In this document: positions 26,779 through 41,100 of the stretch, piece by piece
How positions within the stretch are numbered: the stretch's first letter is position 1
Layout of the letters: each line of letters begins with the position of its first letter
Assembly: GCA_002633005.1 (NCBI GenBank)
Contig: NMRA01000810.1
Span: forward strand, 1 to 64,000
From: Phoronis australis
Lineage: Eukaryota > Animalia > Phoronida
Reading direction: 5' to 3'
DNA length: 64,000 nucleotides
The notes under the pieces: generated by a model
Seen by the model: only the letters and a program-made list of their open reading frames with translations
Databases searched by the model: none
What the model was told of the DNA's origin: nothing
Made by a program: the position numbers and the translations under genes

Positions 26779-28715
26779 ATTCACCCAGAGACAGGCATTT
26801 ACATGTCAGAAGAATTCTAATCTCGGTTTCAACAAAAGCCAGGATGACAACTTCAGCACAGTAAACTGCGGTTAAATTAAATGCCTGTAAATTGCTACTG
26901 AGCCAAGTTTGACTAGCCTGACCAGTGCAGCAACAGCACCCCCTATTGGCAAAATAATTAACCATAAAATGCTTCATCAGCAAACATGTCTAAATTCCTC
27001 AGATACTAATACTGGTAGATTAATGGAAGCACTTCCTTGATTGAACTGAGAATTCTCAGCTTGTACAATTGTTGAAGTTTAAAAGGTGACACCAGTTTGA
27101 TAATAAACACACCTGGCATTTAGATTCTTTATAGTGTGTTATGTTTAATCATGGACTGACATGGTAATTGGCAAATACATTATCATTTCAAAAAATGATG
27201 TTTTTTAATCCTTTTTAATCACACATCACTCGACATTCTCTGCATCTGCACTATTGATGGTAGTTTTCACGGTATTTGTTTTGACACGGACATTGGTTTT
27301 GACTTTAAAAATCCTCAGAAAACATAGAGAAGTGGTACTATTGCATTTATAAAGTGAAATGGGGTCAGTGTTTCACTTATCAGATAATAATGTCTACCAT
27401 GATTAGTTAATTAGTGATTAAATGAAAAGCTTTATTATTGTAGTGTTGCAGACATGACACAAAATTACATGGGTTTTTTCGAAACTGACAGATTTATAAT
27501 TCTGTTCTGTTTAGGGAGTAGGTTTAAGAAAAATGTTGTTTGGGACAAGTTTAGCCATTTGTAAGCAACAAAACAGTTTTGTTTTGCTCCAAAACAAAAA
27601 TGGTGCCAAAAACATTTACGTAAAAACATGACATGCGTCACAGATGTGATCGTAGTGGATGTGACATTTTGTCCCCGTGTCTTCTTAGTGAAATAATCAG
27701 TGATGAAGACCAGAAAAAAATAACAAATAACAGAGTCCAAAAAGTACACCATATCAATATGCAAAATATCTACTGACACTCAGAAGTACAAAAAACAGAA
27801 AACAAACTTTGTCATTTTTATCAAGGCGTTTTTGATGTCAGACAAAAATCTGTTTCAAAGTTTGTGTTGACTTTCAAATTTTAAATTACTACCAATTTTC
27901 CTAGATTCATTACGTTTGATTCACAATTGTTCTGTTTAATTCGTGAAATCACAGCAATCACCACACATCAAACACGTGTTTAAATTTCAGCAGGAAGTAG
28001 ACAGAAGTTGAAAATATTCAGAAAAAATCGGGCACAATCGGTGAAATTCGCGCCACCGGTCCACGTGGTCACTAGCGTTCTATGTTCGGTCCTTGGCGGG
28101 ACATGTGGAAAAAACGCATATTTATGCATTCAGGGGAGAAATTGGAGTGGTACAACCATGAGGATGAGTGATGCTACAACCGTATGACATTTTCCTTTTC
28201 TTGGTCGACTATCTTTATTCTGGACCAGCAACCACAGATTTTATTTAGCCGCCTGAGATTTTAGGTTTTGGTGACTTCAAATTTTGTTGGGGCACCTGAG
28301 ATTTTTTGCAGGTCGCCAAACGCGGCTTGGCGTTAAGCTAAAAATCGAGCCCCCAGGGGATATTTATGATGTCAAATCTCCTGACGTCGATTTGAACAAA
28401 TGAAGGCATGCTTGAAAAAAGTTCAGTTACGGAAGTATTTGTTAGAGTTGAAAGATTAAAGATACTGACAGCCTCCTAAGGTGTCCCTCTATGGGCAAAA
28501 GGTAGTTATAGTAACGCGACTTTGATGATTCAGTCAGTATGAAGCATCATTTGCAAAAAAGCTTCTGGCATAAAGGCTATATTAGTCATTAACATGAGGT
28601 CATTTTGGCTCTGCCATTGTTACAGCCCAAACTCATGCTTAGTCAGTTGGGAGCACTTCACTTTACGGCACAGGTTGGTTATCCAAACTGATGCCTGTGC
28701 CAACTAGTGAAGCTA

Positions 28716-28867
28716 CCGTAAGCTCCCAAATTACTGCCACAAATTTAATGACTATTAATGCTCATCCAAACCAAGATGATGACAATGCTCATGTTTGTCA
28801 TTAATGTACAGTTCTCATTGCCCTTCAAAAACCTATAAAACACGGGCAGTATTTTGGGAACTTACGG
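28716..28867. mobile_element. Tc1/mariner-pogo-type MITE
   Basis: TA|CCGTAAGCTCCCAAATTACTGCC ... GGCAGTATTTTGGGAACTTACGG|TA. Confidence 0.7.
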
Positions 28868-28998
28868 TACCTTGAATTTAGCAGAGTCATCAATTTAGCT
28901 CAGCAACCCATGCCAAATTTATTAAGCACGCTAAATCAGTTTGACACTGCCATCAGTTTGCAGGGTAGACAACGCCACCGCCTAAACCGTCTCCAGTA

Positions 28999-29290
28999 TA
29001 GGCAATGACCATCGTCTCTACAAGTACTGGTACCGCCAGTAGAGATGACGAAGCTCCTACAGGCGCTTCATACGCTGGAAGCTTTTTGGCGAATTGTGCC
29101 TCACACTTACTAAAACATCAAAGTCACATTGTTATAAAATTTAACACCTTTTGCGCATAGAGGGACACCTTACTCCCAGAGGCCGTCGATGTTTTTAATT
29201 CCTTCCAACTCAAACAAATACTCCTGTTATCAAACTTATTTTTTGAGCAGTCTCTCCTTCAGTTCCCAAAATCTGTAACTCGCCATTTTT
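28999..29290. mobile_element. Diverged TIR of the TAGGCAATGACC long-TIR family (related copies at ~28400-28580, ~31650-31820, ~46560-46800)
   Basis: taggcaatgaccatcg...aagcttttt...ccttttgcgcatagagggacacct is homologous to the TIRs of the element at 49953-51465. Confidence 0.65.
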
Positions 29291-30004
29291 GACACTGCAT
29301 GCGGCAGGTAGTTTGACGTCATTTGGGCAATTGAATGAACTACTGTCGGAGGTCCTTAAGTTGTGAGTGCCCTAAAGTCGTGAACAATCTTATTTCCACT
29401 TCTGCACAGTCCCACGACATTTAGTGTTAAAGTTTCCAGTGTTCATCTGCTAACAAACATCAAACTAATACCCTGACGTTTTGATATTCACAACATGATA
29501 ATAAACAGTGAGTAGGTGACTTCTTTTTTCAAATGTATCTTAAAAACAGCATATTTCACTAACCCACTTTCTTGTGCATTTTCAGAATACATTTTAGAAA
29601 CTAAACCTCGTTCAGATTTAATTGCTCAAACACGCACTCCAGGGGTAGCTTGAACAATGTATCAAAATTTTCCAGGGTCGATTAAGTTTTGTAAGACCAA
29701 AGCAATAAAATACAGAGCGATAATTGATGCTGGGTTCTTTGTGTTTTAAGTAAACAACCTCATTGAAAACGTCTGTGCACATCAAAGTTGGGTTCAAAAC
29801 ATATAACAATTTGTTTCAATTGAAACTGAATTTAATAAACAATGCAATGAGTTTTTATGTCGTCTAGAGTAACTGTAAGCACTGCTGTTGATTTGTTTGG
29901 CCTTTCTTCATGGGTGCATTTCTGTCTAAACGAAATGGTCACGACTTTAGGGCCTCATTCAAAATGGCCGGTGATATGAGCGACCGCTTTCAAAACTCTA
30001 CTTA

Positions 30005-30734
30005 AGGCCCAGTCACACAGCCGATCACGCATGAATCACTCATACAACACGCACAAATTCAATTTGTGCGTGTTTTGATCGTCGAGAAATTGACCAAATT
30101 TTCCGGGTGTAGAGGTTAGAAATCACTGACAAGTAACTGACGAATCACCTATGGCCCACGCACATATCACTTACAATCACTGATGAATCACTGACATATC
30201 GCGCATATCAACGCATACAAGCCAATATGATATGGTATTCCACGAACCTTCGACGCATGCTTCACGCATGAATCACTGACGGATCACGTTCATCAGTGAT
30301 ATGTCAGCTAATTATCACTTTTGTAAGTGGTTGTCAGTGGAATGAACGTCATATATGCGTATTTCATGCGTGATATGAAGGTGGGTCATCAGTGGACGGA
30401 CGTGGACGTGCGTGATTTCGAACCAGTTCTGACGCATAAGCACTGATGGCAAAGGCGTGTCCAGCGCATAATCACGCATACTCGACGCATAAACTACGCA
30501 CGTCAACTCACGAAATACGCACACCGACGCAGAGTTGTGCGTTGGAAAATTTTTGAACCGTTCAAAACTCAAAATCGCGCACAAACCCCCCTCGACGTAC
30601 ATCCACTTACATTCACTGATGCTCCACGTTGGTTCCACCGACCAATTACGCATACGACGCAAGCTTCACGCATAAGCGAAAATCTGTGCGTTTTCATGAG
30701 TGATTCATGCGTAATCGGCTGTATGACTGGGCCT
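30005..30734. mobile_element. PIF/Harbinger-type MITE (730 bp)
   Basis: TTA|AGGCCCAGTCACACAGCCGATCACGCATGAATCACTCAT ... ATGAGTGATTCATGCGTAATCGGCTGTATGACTGGGCCT|TTA, with a 3-bp TTA TSD and internal aatcac/acgcat subrepeats. Confidence 0.85.
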
Positions 30735-30759
30735 TTACAGAGACAAACAAGGGTTAAGC

Positions 30760-31458
30760 GGCACTAGTCGGATATAATGGACCCTAACTTATTCCAAATA
30801 AATCCACTAAATGTAGGTCTAAATGAATGATTTTGGTATCGCTGCATTCCTAAGACATCTGGCTATCCGTACAAATCCTTTTCACGACCCTCAATTACTC
30901 TAGTCTATAACTACGCCATTCTGAACTTGGTTCACTTTAGCCACGCGCATCGTGAAATCGGCAGCCATTTCAGGGAACTTACTATATCTAGCGCCATCTA
31001 TTGGCGATTTGCTACAACACGCTCTGTTCCTTTTTCATCAGTCAACATGGGCGACGATAACATGATGATGACAGATACGATCGTGAGAGAGACGACGAAG
31101 GTGATGACGAGAGCAGACGTACGATGATTAATAACGACTGTCGTTAATAATTGACGAAATCGACCAATGACGTTGACAGATGAAAAAGGAACAGCGTGTG
31201 TTGTAGCAAATCGCTGATAGATGTCGCTAGATACAGTAAGTTCCTTGAAATGGCTGCCGATTTCACGATGTGCGTGGCTACCGTGGACCGAGTTCGGAAC
31301 AGCGTAGTTATAGACTAGAGTAATTGAGGGTCGTGAAAAGGATTTGCACGGATAGCCAGATGTCTGAGGAATGCAACGACACCAAAATCATCCATTTAGA
31401 CCAACATTTAGTGGATTTGTTTGGAATAAGTTAGGGTCCATTATATCCGACTAGTGCC
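30760..31458. mobile_element. Foldback/MULE-like element with ~285-bp TIRs and 9-bp TSD
   Basis: gggttaagc|GGCACTAGTCGGATATAATGG ... CCATTATATCCGACTAGTGCC|gggttaagc. Arms ~30760-31045 and ~31172-31458 are near-perfect reverse complements. Confidence 0.9.
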
Positions 31459-31878
31459 GGGTTAAGCCGGTTAAGGTTGACAAAATATGTATATTTATGA
31501 AGGCTGATATATGTCCATGATATTACATGAGCAGGTGCTAACAGACATTGGGTAGTACGATAATCAGCTGCTTTTTATAGTAATCTTTGCGACTTCAGGT
31601 CACCGGAGTCTACTACTCGAAATAAAGTTTGATAGATTTTGGTATAAGCTTGCTAGCTAGGCCGTTGGGAAGGAATTAGGCCTCCTCAGGTGTCCCTCTA
31701 TGCGCAAAAGGTACTTATAGCGCGACTTTGATGTTTTAATCATTTTGAGGCATAATTCACCAAAAAGCTTTTGGCGTATGAAGTTCTATAGGAGCATCAC
31801 CGTCTTGACCGATGCCGGTAGTCTGACTGTTTACACTAACTAAACTGACACTACACTGCAGTCTGACACTGTCTACAG

Positions 31879-33365
31879 TAGGGAGGACAATCAAAAAGTA
31901 GGTCACGGTGCTCCATATCTGCCTCCGTGTAAAACCCACGTCGGTAAATTACCGATTTCAGACTTCAAATTTAACTATAAGACAATTTTGTGTTATGAAT
32001 CGTTACCTTAGTCTTTATTTGTAAGTTTGTAATCTTTTTGTCTCAAATTATCGCTGATAAATCATTTTTTGTAAGCTTTTTTTAGTGCACGATTTTCCGC
32101 CATGCGACCAACTTTCGAAAAAATACCTCTTGTTCCTCCTATCCAAAAGAGCACTATACTCTCAAATACAAACATGAAATTTGGACAGGATGTAGTTTAG
32201 ATGCGTGCGCATCTCCTCAAGTTGTTTTCTCGAAGTCAAGGCCAAGTTTTCGTTGCGAGTTTTCGATCGTCCGGAAGGCCTAATTTTGGTCGGTCGGGAG
32301 ATTGATGTTTTTCCAGTTGCGCAATATGCCCCCCAGATTTTTAGATGAGGAATTTATCACTCTTTTAATTGGTAATTATTTCATTTTCAGAAATTCTGTC
32401 AAACTGCTGCGCATTGGCACTTTTCAAACAGCAGTCGTTAGTTCACTAAGTCGCCGCATGTCAGCGCCACCAGCGGCTACGTTGAAGTTCAATGGCATCG
32501 CAACTTCACCGTTCGCAATAAAGTTGTTACAAAGTTTTTGTTGGGTAAATGATGAAATCCTTCATGTTGAGAGTGATTTGTTTTCCCAAATGGTCTTTTG
32601 TCTACTTTCTGATGTTTTTTGCCATGATACGATCTAATAGTACATGGGTGGCACCAAGCACTGAAAAGTGGAGAGCTAAAGCTAGCCTCTCCCCCAGCCC
32701 CGTCACGGTCAGGCAATAATGTGTTGCCCATGTAGTAGTATTCAGGGGCAGATCTAGGATTTTTAGATAAGAGGGGGGGGGGCAGAGTATTACGCATGAT
32801 TTTACCCGTAAGATATTTGCACACTCAAACTGTCAAATGAAATCTGGGAGTTTTAGGGGGGCCACGGGTTGGCCCCTTTGCCCCCCCCCCCAAATCCACC
32901 GATGTGATCTTGTGATTTGACGTGAAAATTCCTCCTAGCTCAGATGTATTTATTTCTGAGCTGATGTGTTGTTTTTGCTCCTTACCTTTATGCTGTGACA
33001 TTGCTGTGTAATCCATTGTTTTCATCAAACATGATGAGCCTGTTCTATATGCTAACAACACACTTAAACAGCAATATCTCTGTAGAAATCAATCCAAATT
33101 TTATATAATACACACCACCATATTTGTCTCAATGAGACGAATCTTTTTATATGCAGCACATGTATATTCTTTTATTTTTTACGAAATTATGTAAAAAGGC
33201 AGACATTTTACACATAATCGTCGCGTTTCAACGGCCATTTTCTCGTTAACCGCTCATCCAATTTTTCTGATTTTTGCAGCATTTCATTTCTCATACCAAG
33301 GGCTTTTCAAAAATGTATGACACATGGGTATTGTAAAAAATATTAAAAAAACGTTGTCCTCCCTA
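31879..33365. mobile_element. Non-autonomous DNA transposon, TAGGG termini, 7-bp TSD (hATw-like), with a nested G/C-run MITE at ~32743-32904
   Basis: tctacag|TAGGGAGGACAA ... TTGTCCTCCCTA|tctacag; nested caggggcagatctaggatt...cccccccaaatccaccgatg. Confidence 0.75.
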
Positions 33366-35160
33366 TCTACAGACTGCCTGTGGACAGTGTAGTGTTCTAG
33401 TTTGGTTGGGCACCTCTTTAAATGAGAGAAAAAAAGAAGATTTCTCGTTCATACAAATAAAAGAAACAAAATTGCCACATACTTATTACGGGATCACAAA
33501 CATAACGGCACTGAACTCGTCTTATCCCAGGCAGCTGACAATCACAGACGGTACTTGGAATGTTTTTCAACTTGTCCTGTCCATCATAGCCAACGGTTTA
33601 AACGTATATTGAGAATTAAAGTCAAAGCAGTTTTCATATTTCATGATTGAATTTAAACTATTTTGGTCATAAAATAGATATTTTAATTTTAATTTTGACA
33701 AATTTCATTTTAACTTGCGTGTTTAATTAGAAATTTATCGATTGGGTAAACTAAAGTTTTGACTTGTCATTTAAACGTGAATCTCACTATTTCCAACAGA
33801 GGTCTCTCCTAAGGTAAACATGATTTGTACTAACATGATTTGTTGCTTAAAACCGGGGTCAAAATGTGTTTTATTATTGTGTCTAATTTGACAGGAACAG
33901 GATCTGAAGTTGTTTAGGTGAAGGGATACACTGAATGTCACGGTTGCACGTACGTTTGCACTATACCCTATATCGTGCCGAAGTTTGTTTAAACCACTGT
34001 GAACTTTAGCCCAGGCAGTTCAATACGAGATTGTCAATGTCAGTGATAGTCTGACAATCGCCCAAGGCCAAGGCCAATGTTTGTCTCCCGGATAACGCTG
34101 TGCACACATAAGTTGTGACCTAGTAACTCCGGTCTATACTTTTGATAGTGAGCAGGCCAGTAACTGTGTTAGGTCAAGTAAGGTACGTTTCTTAACGGGT
34201 TGCTGACTCTTGACTGTATAATTTTCAACTTTTGATAATCTACTCAATCAGTCTCAATCTGAGGCCATATCGCTGATTCACCAGAGATACTACAGTACTC
34301 AGTACTAGGCTGTATCAGTGTATAGTAGCCTTACATGCACTTTAGGCCTACCGACTGATAGTTAACTTTTGAGTGAATTTGAGAATCAGAAAGTTCCGTA
34401 AGTTCTGGCTTTCATTTGTCCTTTTCAGGTGTTAGAAGCTCTTACAATAAGTTAGATTTTCCCCTTACCTCGGGTATAGTTTGATCAATTTACTATGGCC
34501 ACATTGGCAACCATGTTTTACGGCTGTAGTAATTGCCAAGATGACATGTACGACCTGGGAATTGAATCAGCGACCCTGATGAAGCATAATTATCCAAGAA
34601 CAGTTGCACTTGCTTTATGGGAAGACAAACCATGTTCATTGTCATTTTTAGTTAAATTACTATTTTCTGTTTATCCAAGACTAAGTGTGTTCTTCATCAG
34701 TGAATGGCAAGATCAGTCATCCGTGTTAAGAATGGTAGCACTATTAACTTCCCCGTGCAGTAGTGTGCAGAGATTTGGTCATATGCCCAGGGCGATTTTT
34801 ATGGGGTGCCCGACTCTCTCAAATGCGTGGATCCTGTACTTAGAAAAGTAAAAAAAATGAGACCTAAAATGAAAACTTTATTCAATTTAATTACGAAGCA
34901 TCCCCAATTCCAAAAGTTTTATTCATGATCATACACTGTGGATGCTGGCGTTATCGCTCTCCCTCTGCGTTGTATCTCATGAAGACTCGCATGATTGCTT
35001 GTTTTCAAGTGTTTCTCGAGTCTAACCACCCACTGTTGCTCAGCCTGAAAGTTGCTAAGATGCTAATATAAAATTTAGTATTTGACATCAAACCTGGTCT
35101 TCAATTTTAAATCATCTTTCTTTTAGGTATTCAGTCACAACGCTATAGCAACAACCAGCC

Positions 35161-38100
35161 ATGGGCTTCATAAGAGGAGTTGCTTCAAACCTGGTACTGT
35201 ACTGGGCTTCTGGGAGTCCTCCTGCCTGGAGGGTACAAATCTGTCTGGAAGAGAAGGATTTGGGAGGGTACCAGAGCAAGCTGTTGACCATGAGTAAAGG
35301 GGAACACAAATCAGCTGAGATGTTGGCTATGAACCCCAGGGGTCAGGTATATAACTGTGGCTTAGGTTTTCTGGGGCCCATTCTAAGAAACCAACTTGAG
35401 ATCATTTTAAATAAGATTTGTCACGACCTCTAAACTTCAAAACTTGCACATCCGGTAAGTTAATCAAACTTAAGGCAACACTTAAGTCAAAAACTTAAGT
35501 CCAACTTAACATCACGTTCTTGCTACAAACTTAAATAAATGAAAGTTTTATCTGAAAATTGACTTGGTTTGTCTGAACTCAGTCAGTTTTCTCAGAATGG
35601 GACCCAAAACTCTTTGAGTTATTACAAATGGATAAATATGAACATTTGATGGCTTGCTCCAAATTTTATGTATTTCGTAACTGTGTGCACTAAATTGTTA
35701 ATGTTTCAGGTGTCCTTGGAAACAAGTTGTGCATTATCTACCATAGCCATCAGTTCTATCACTCTCAAGAGGAGTTGACAATGGTGTGTTGTACAGTTGT
35801 TTTAATTTATGAAGGCTCTACTCACATCTACATTGTATATATGTGGGTGTATACTAGTATTGCAATCGTCTGTCTGGGCATGCTCTATCTTCTAGACCTC
35901 TTTCAGGTCCTTAATGAGACTTGGCAAATATGTTCTATGGTGACAGATGATGACTTTTGGGATGATCTGACTACAGCTCCTCTCATTAGTGGCAGTTATA
36001 GTTTTTGGGTTTGCATCATTGATTTGTATCTTTGGAGTTAGTGATGGGTTTTCTCGAGATTTGCGGGATAGGTTTATGCTTAAGAGACGACATAACTTCT
36101 TTCTGTGTTAAGACAGATTTGACATATTCTTCGCCACCTAGTGGCCATTTTTATTATTTTCGAGTCAGTTTTTAGTGTCTGCTTTTCTATAGCAGCCAAA
36201 CTGCTTGACCTTATAAGTAAAAAGATGAGTTTCTGCCGAGAAGACTACAAGTGATGATGATTTCCAGACAAGCCTGACTACTAGTACTGTGGTGCCCTCT
36301 AGGGTCCTGAGGTGTATCTCAACTCCTTGAGTATAGCCATGCATGCATACACCTGATCAGTGAGCACGTACAGATATAGTAAAGGAAGTAGACAGACGGA
36401 AGTTGCAATTGTTCTGCAAAAAACGAAATGGTCTGCCCATGACTCGTACTTGTACAACCATTTCATCTGCTTTTCCCTCAGGTAGGACATGTGCTAAGGC
36501 AGAACAATGGGCTATTGGGAGGTATTGGTCATTGCCAAGCACACAATATACTCCCAGTATTCTATTCAACAAGAAAAATGTTGCGAGGCGTTTGACGTGT
36601 TCCCAGGTGGCCATACCCTCAGTTCGTCTGTTCTTCAATTCGGATATCTCATTTTCTCTTTTTCGTCTGTAGCCAACTGTGCGACTTTTGTGGGAGCCAG
36701 GACTGCCACACCTCTGCATATGGGCTTTCCTTATTTTGATGACAGTGAATTTTACCAGGTCGCATTTGACGGATTGTGTTTGCTTAAGGCTAGAGCCCTG
36801 TAATATGCGATCTTGCAAGTGGCGAGGATACTTTATCAACAAGCCAGAGCATTCAGCCAAATATCAACTTGTAATTCAGTAAAAACATATTTTTTATTGT
36901 AGAGTTTGATCTTTAATTAACTTTCCACCAATCTCCCATTTATGGGGTCATGTGATGCCGTTTCAATTATTTAGCACATTAAATTACATTCCCAACAAAA
37001 CAATGATAATAATTACACGACCAAATTTTGTTTGATAAGTTTAATATGAATTCTCAAACAACTGTATCAATTTTCTGAATTACCTTTTCATTTTTGTTTT
37101 TTTAACTCTCATTTTTCAGAAAATTTATGGAAGTTTTCTTTTTGATAACCTTCATGCAAAAGCGAAACATTTTGAAAACAATTCCTAACACTTTTGAAGA
37201 CTTTTGAAAAATTCATATGGAAGCTATCTGCCATTTCATAGGTAAGTATTTCTTTAGTTAATCAAAATTGAACCTTTTTCTTGGATTTTGCAAACTGAGA
37301 GTGATTGAAGTTAAAATAGTACTTTAAAATTTGGTTGCTTGGTGATTTAAAATGACATGAAATAATTGCCAAAATTGCCAGTTTTCAAATATTCATCAGC
37401 TCCCTCTGTTGCAAAGAATGCTCAAAATTTCACCACTAAGTTGATTACACCAATGAATAAGAAAATTTTCCATTTTCATTCTTGCTGAAATTTGTTCGCT
37501 CATTACGCAATCTGTTGAAACTCAAAATGTTTGACAGTTGTCTGGCCGCTCAGCTTACAGTATGTATGGTTATGGGATCAAGTATTATCCGGCGATCTGT
37601 TTTGGAACAGTGCAGAATGTTGTGTGTACTGTGAATGTGGCCACACCAAAATACCATACCTTCATTATTTGTACGCCAATTTTGGGCTTCAAAATATGAA
37701 ATTTTATGATTTTCCCTTATTAAGATGGATATGCACAAGCTTTTGAACACAGAAAAGCAAAAACAACGTGAAACAATATTTCATTGCAGCCAGGCAGCTG
37801 TGTGGTTTGTAACCCGAATTGACAAACCCAACGCACTCAGCACGCTACCATCTCACTAGAACTGGGGATAAGTGAGGAAAGTTGGTACCTGTATGAGATC
37901 AAAGGAAACTTCAGTGGCCTTTTTTATTTGAAACTTAATGTGTTCCGCTGTATGTTGCTATCAATTCCAGAAATTTTGTCGTACGCAGCATGACGAGCTG
38001 GAGGAAGACGCAAGATCTGAGTCTGTGTTTTGGGATTCAACATCCTTCACCTCATCTTCTGCTTAGAAATATGCTTGGTTAAAATTCACCGTGTTTCTTC

Positions 38101-41100
38101 GTAATTACCTGTAGGTGCCTGTGCTTAAAGATGGCGATAACGTGCTCACTGAAGCGGCGGCCATTTGTGATTACTTGGAGAGCGAATACAAGAATTGCGG
38201 GACGCGCCTTATTCCTGATGATAAAAAGCAGAAGGCAAGGGTAATGACTAGGTCACAGGAAGCTACCAACCTTTACAATGTAACTAGAGGTGCGTAATGC
38301 TGAATAAGCGCGGGTGGGAGTTCACGACTTTAGTTGAAGTACTATTGTGGTCAGTGAGACCTTCAAATTGTTGACAATACTGTCTCTTCAGTTTCAGAGA
38401 AAAAAATCCTGAATTGAAATATTTCATTTCAAGTAGCTGACTGCATTGTTAAACAGCACAAAATTGTATGAAAGTTTGTTTTGCCATGACAAATTAGCAA
38501 AGCTTTTCTCAGCCTGTACTGAAAATTGCTACCTATTGCCTATTGGAAAATCAACATGCAGTTCTTTTGATTTTTTGAATTTGACAATGATTTTTTCTCT
38601 TGACGATGTATTCGACACACAGTATACTGAAGTTAAATTCTCACCAGTTAAAAGCACGAATAGTTAAATTTGTAGCAAGGGGCACCGAGTGACTTCCTGG
38701 AGAACAGTGTGTACAATCAGGAAAAGAACAGTTTCTAAATAAATTGCGGTTTTCAAGAAAACACCAAAACTGATACACTTAAAAATAAGTGTGAACAAAC
38801 CCTAGTAATTCCAATTATTAGGGAAGAATTATTTGATAGTGAAATAAATAATAAAAATAAAAAGTATTCCTTGTTTCATTAGGGTAACGATGAAATATTA
38901 TCATACTCATTTACATAAAAGTACATGGGGTGCACACCGTAGATGGCTGGGGGNCTCACTTTTTTCAGCTCTAGCTTCACACGGTCAACAGGCGGTGCAC
39001 CACAGGAGGGCTGAGGAGGCTTTAGCCTCCCCCCACTTTTTTCTGCGCCGCCCATGAAGTAGTGTCGCAAAACAAGATTCTTAAGGTAACTGGTTCTCGG
39101 ATTGTCTCCTGCATTCTAGAGGAACCGATTTTGTTTTTTTAGTATTTCTTTTGCATATTCACAATTTAATGAGACTGCATTGTTAAGACATCAGTGCATT
39201 AGGTTGCGTAATTGAATGTTATTTTCTCTTTTTTCTGTTAACATATGTGGCACCAAATTAATATTTTTCCATGTTCAAGGTTTGCCACATCTTCCGCCAG
39301 ACAATATTTTAAAAACTGACAGTTATTCACTACAATGTTAGAGCCCCTAGCAAAAACGAAAAGAGGTCAGTTGTTTAAAATATGCAAGCCCGGTTGTGGG
39401 TCTCTAATATGCCATTATTTTACATTTTTGCACAGTCTGTGGAAGACTTTTGTCAAATCTGTTGACTGGTAATACTGCTCTGTTTAGAGTTGGTGTGTAA
39501 AAATGTCATCAAGAAGTTACACATTTTAGTGAAATGTGTCCTCGTTTGCCAAATGCCATGAATTATTTATTTTTTGGTATTTGCAGTTACTAATTCTATT
39601 CCCATAAAAGATTGAGTGAAATAGTTCATGCAATTATGAGCTGACTAGTAAGCAGTGCTATATTTTCCAATTAACACATTGCTCTGCTCAAGTATGAGAG
39701 GTCAAGTGCGGATGGTTGTGTGTAGAGCTGATGTTCAACTTGTCCCAGTTTTTGATATTTTTCACCCATCATTTTTCCTCATGTTCCATACAGTAAAGTA
39801 CAATAATTGCATACAAACCAAATGAATCCATTTTGCACTACAACACAATTCGCAACATATCATTACAGTGTGAATGATCCATACTACTTGAGATATGAAT
39901 AACGCAAACCACGGTGATTGTGTTTAAACACTTCGTTGGTCGGCTTTTTACAAAGGTGTCCAGACCCCCCTTTTTCCCTTGGCTTTAGTTATATCAAATC
40001 TAGAATTTTCAAATTGTTGAATTGGACTCCTTTTTTAAAAAATCCTTGATCACAACCCCCCCCCCAAGGTATGAAGTGTAGTTCTTGGTTCACTAGTTAT
40101 TATGTAATCAGTGTTTATTTTTTCTCTATTTGGACAGCATTTATGATGTACATGTTTACGGTTCCCAAAGAGAAACAGGACCAGTCAGTGGTCAAGCAGA
40201 AGAAGACAGACATCAGGAATGAACTTCTATTGTGGGAAGACCACCTAGCAAAGGTCAGACTGAGGGTCATTCTGTTTTCATTTTTTCAAACTGAAAATTC
40301 TCAAAAATTGCACTGACTGGGGTTGCAATACAGAAGCTGTGATAGGCTGTTAGTTTTATAACTTTTGCACAAAAATCCTTTTTTGCTGGTGTCATTTTAT
40401 ATGTTTAAAAATGTCGTAAATGGTGGACTATCCTGTAATGCATAAAGTACAACCAAAAATGTACATTATGGAAGTTCTGTGTACCACTAATAGCACTGTA
40501 AAATAGTAAGAGCTCGCAGGTGCACTATTAGTTTGTCCACAGAAAATGGAATGATTATAGATGGGATTGTTTTCACCTATTCAGAGGATACCCAAAGTTC
40601 CCCCCCCCCCCCCGGAGACATTTCAAATTCAATCCAAGTTTTCAAGACATCAGTACACATCACAGAAAATCATCACTTATGGGAGGATTTGACCATCATT
40701 TTCCCAGTGAGTGCTTCTTTTGAGATGTCAGAAAAGGCAAAGTTTTTGCGCAGTACCTTTGATTATAAAAATAACACACCGTAAAAATACATGTAACAGA
40801 TGAGTTTTACTTAAAAAATCTAAGATAAAGTTGCCTTTTCCCTTTGCTCTTCACTCACTCCTCCAAGACTGATAGATTGGTCAGTAAAATATTTTATGCT
40901 AGGGCTCGCTAATTTTAGTTGCATGTCAATTTTATTTTCACAATCAGAAAAATTCTTAGATTACCAAAAAAACCTCTTGAGTCACGCCCACATTTTATGG
41001 TGGGTCAAACGAGGGTTAACTGGATAAACTTAATTTTATGAATTTCATCATGAAGTAATATTAATCTGCGTAATCAGATTCCCATCTTTTTTAGCAAAAC

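Noticed and set aside
36357-36860. 167-aa minus-strand ORF
   Set aside because: No recognisable domain or splice context; it lies in a degenerate repeat within a GST intron.
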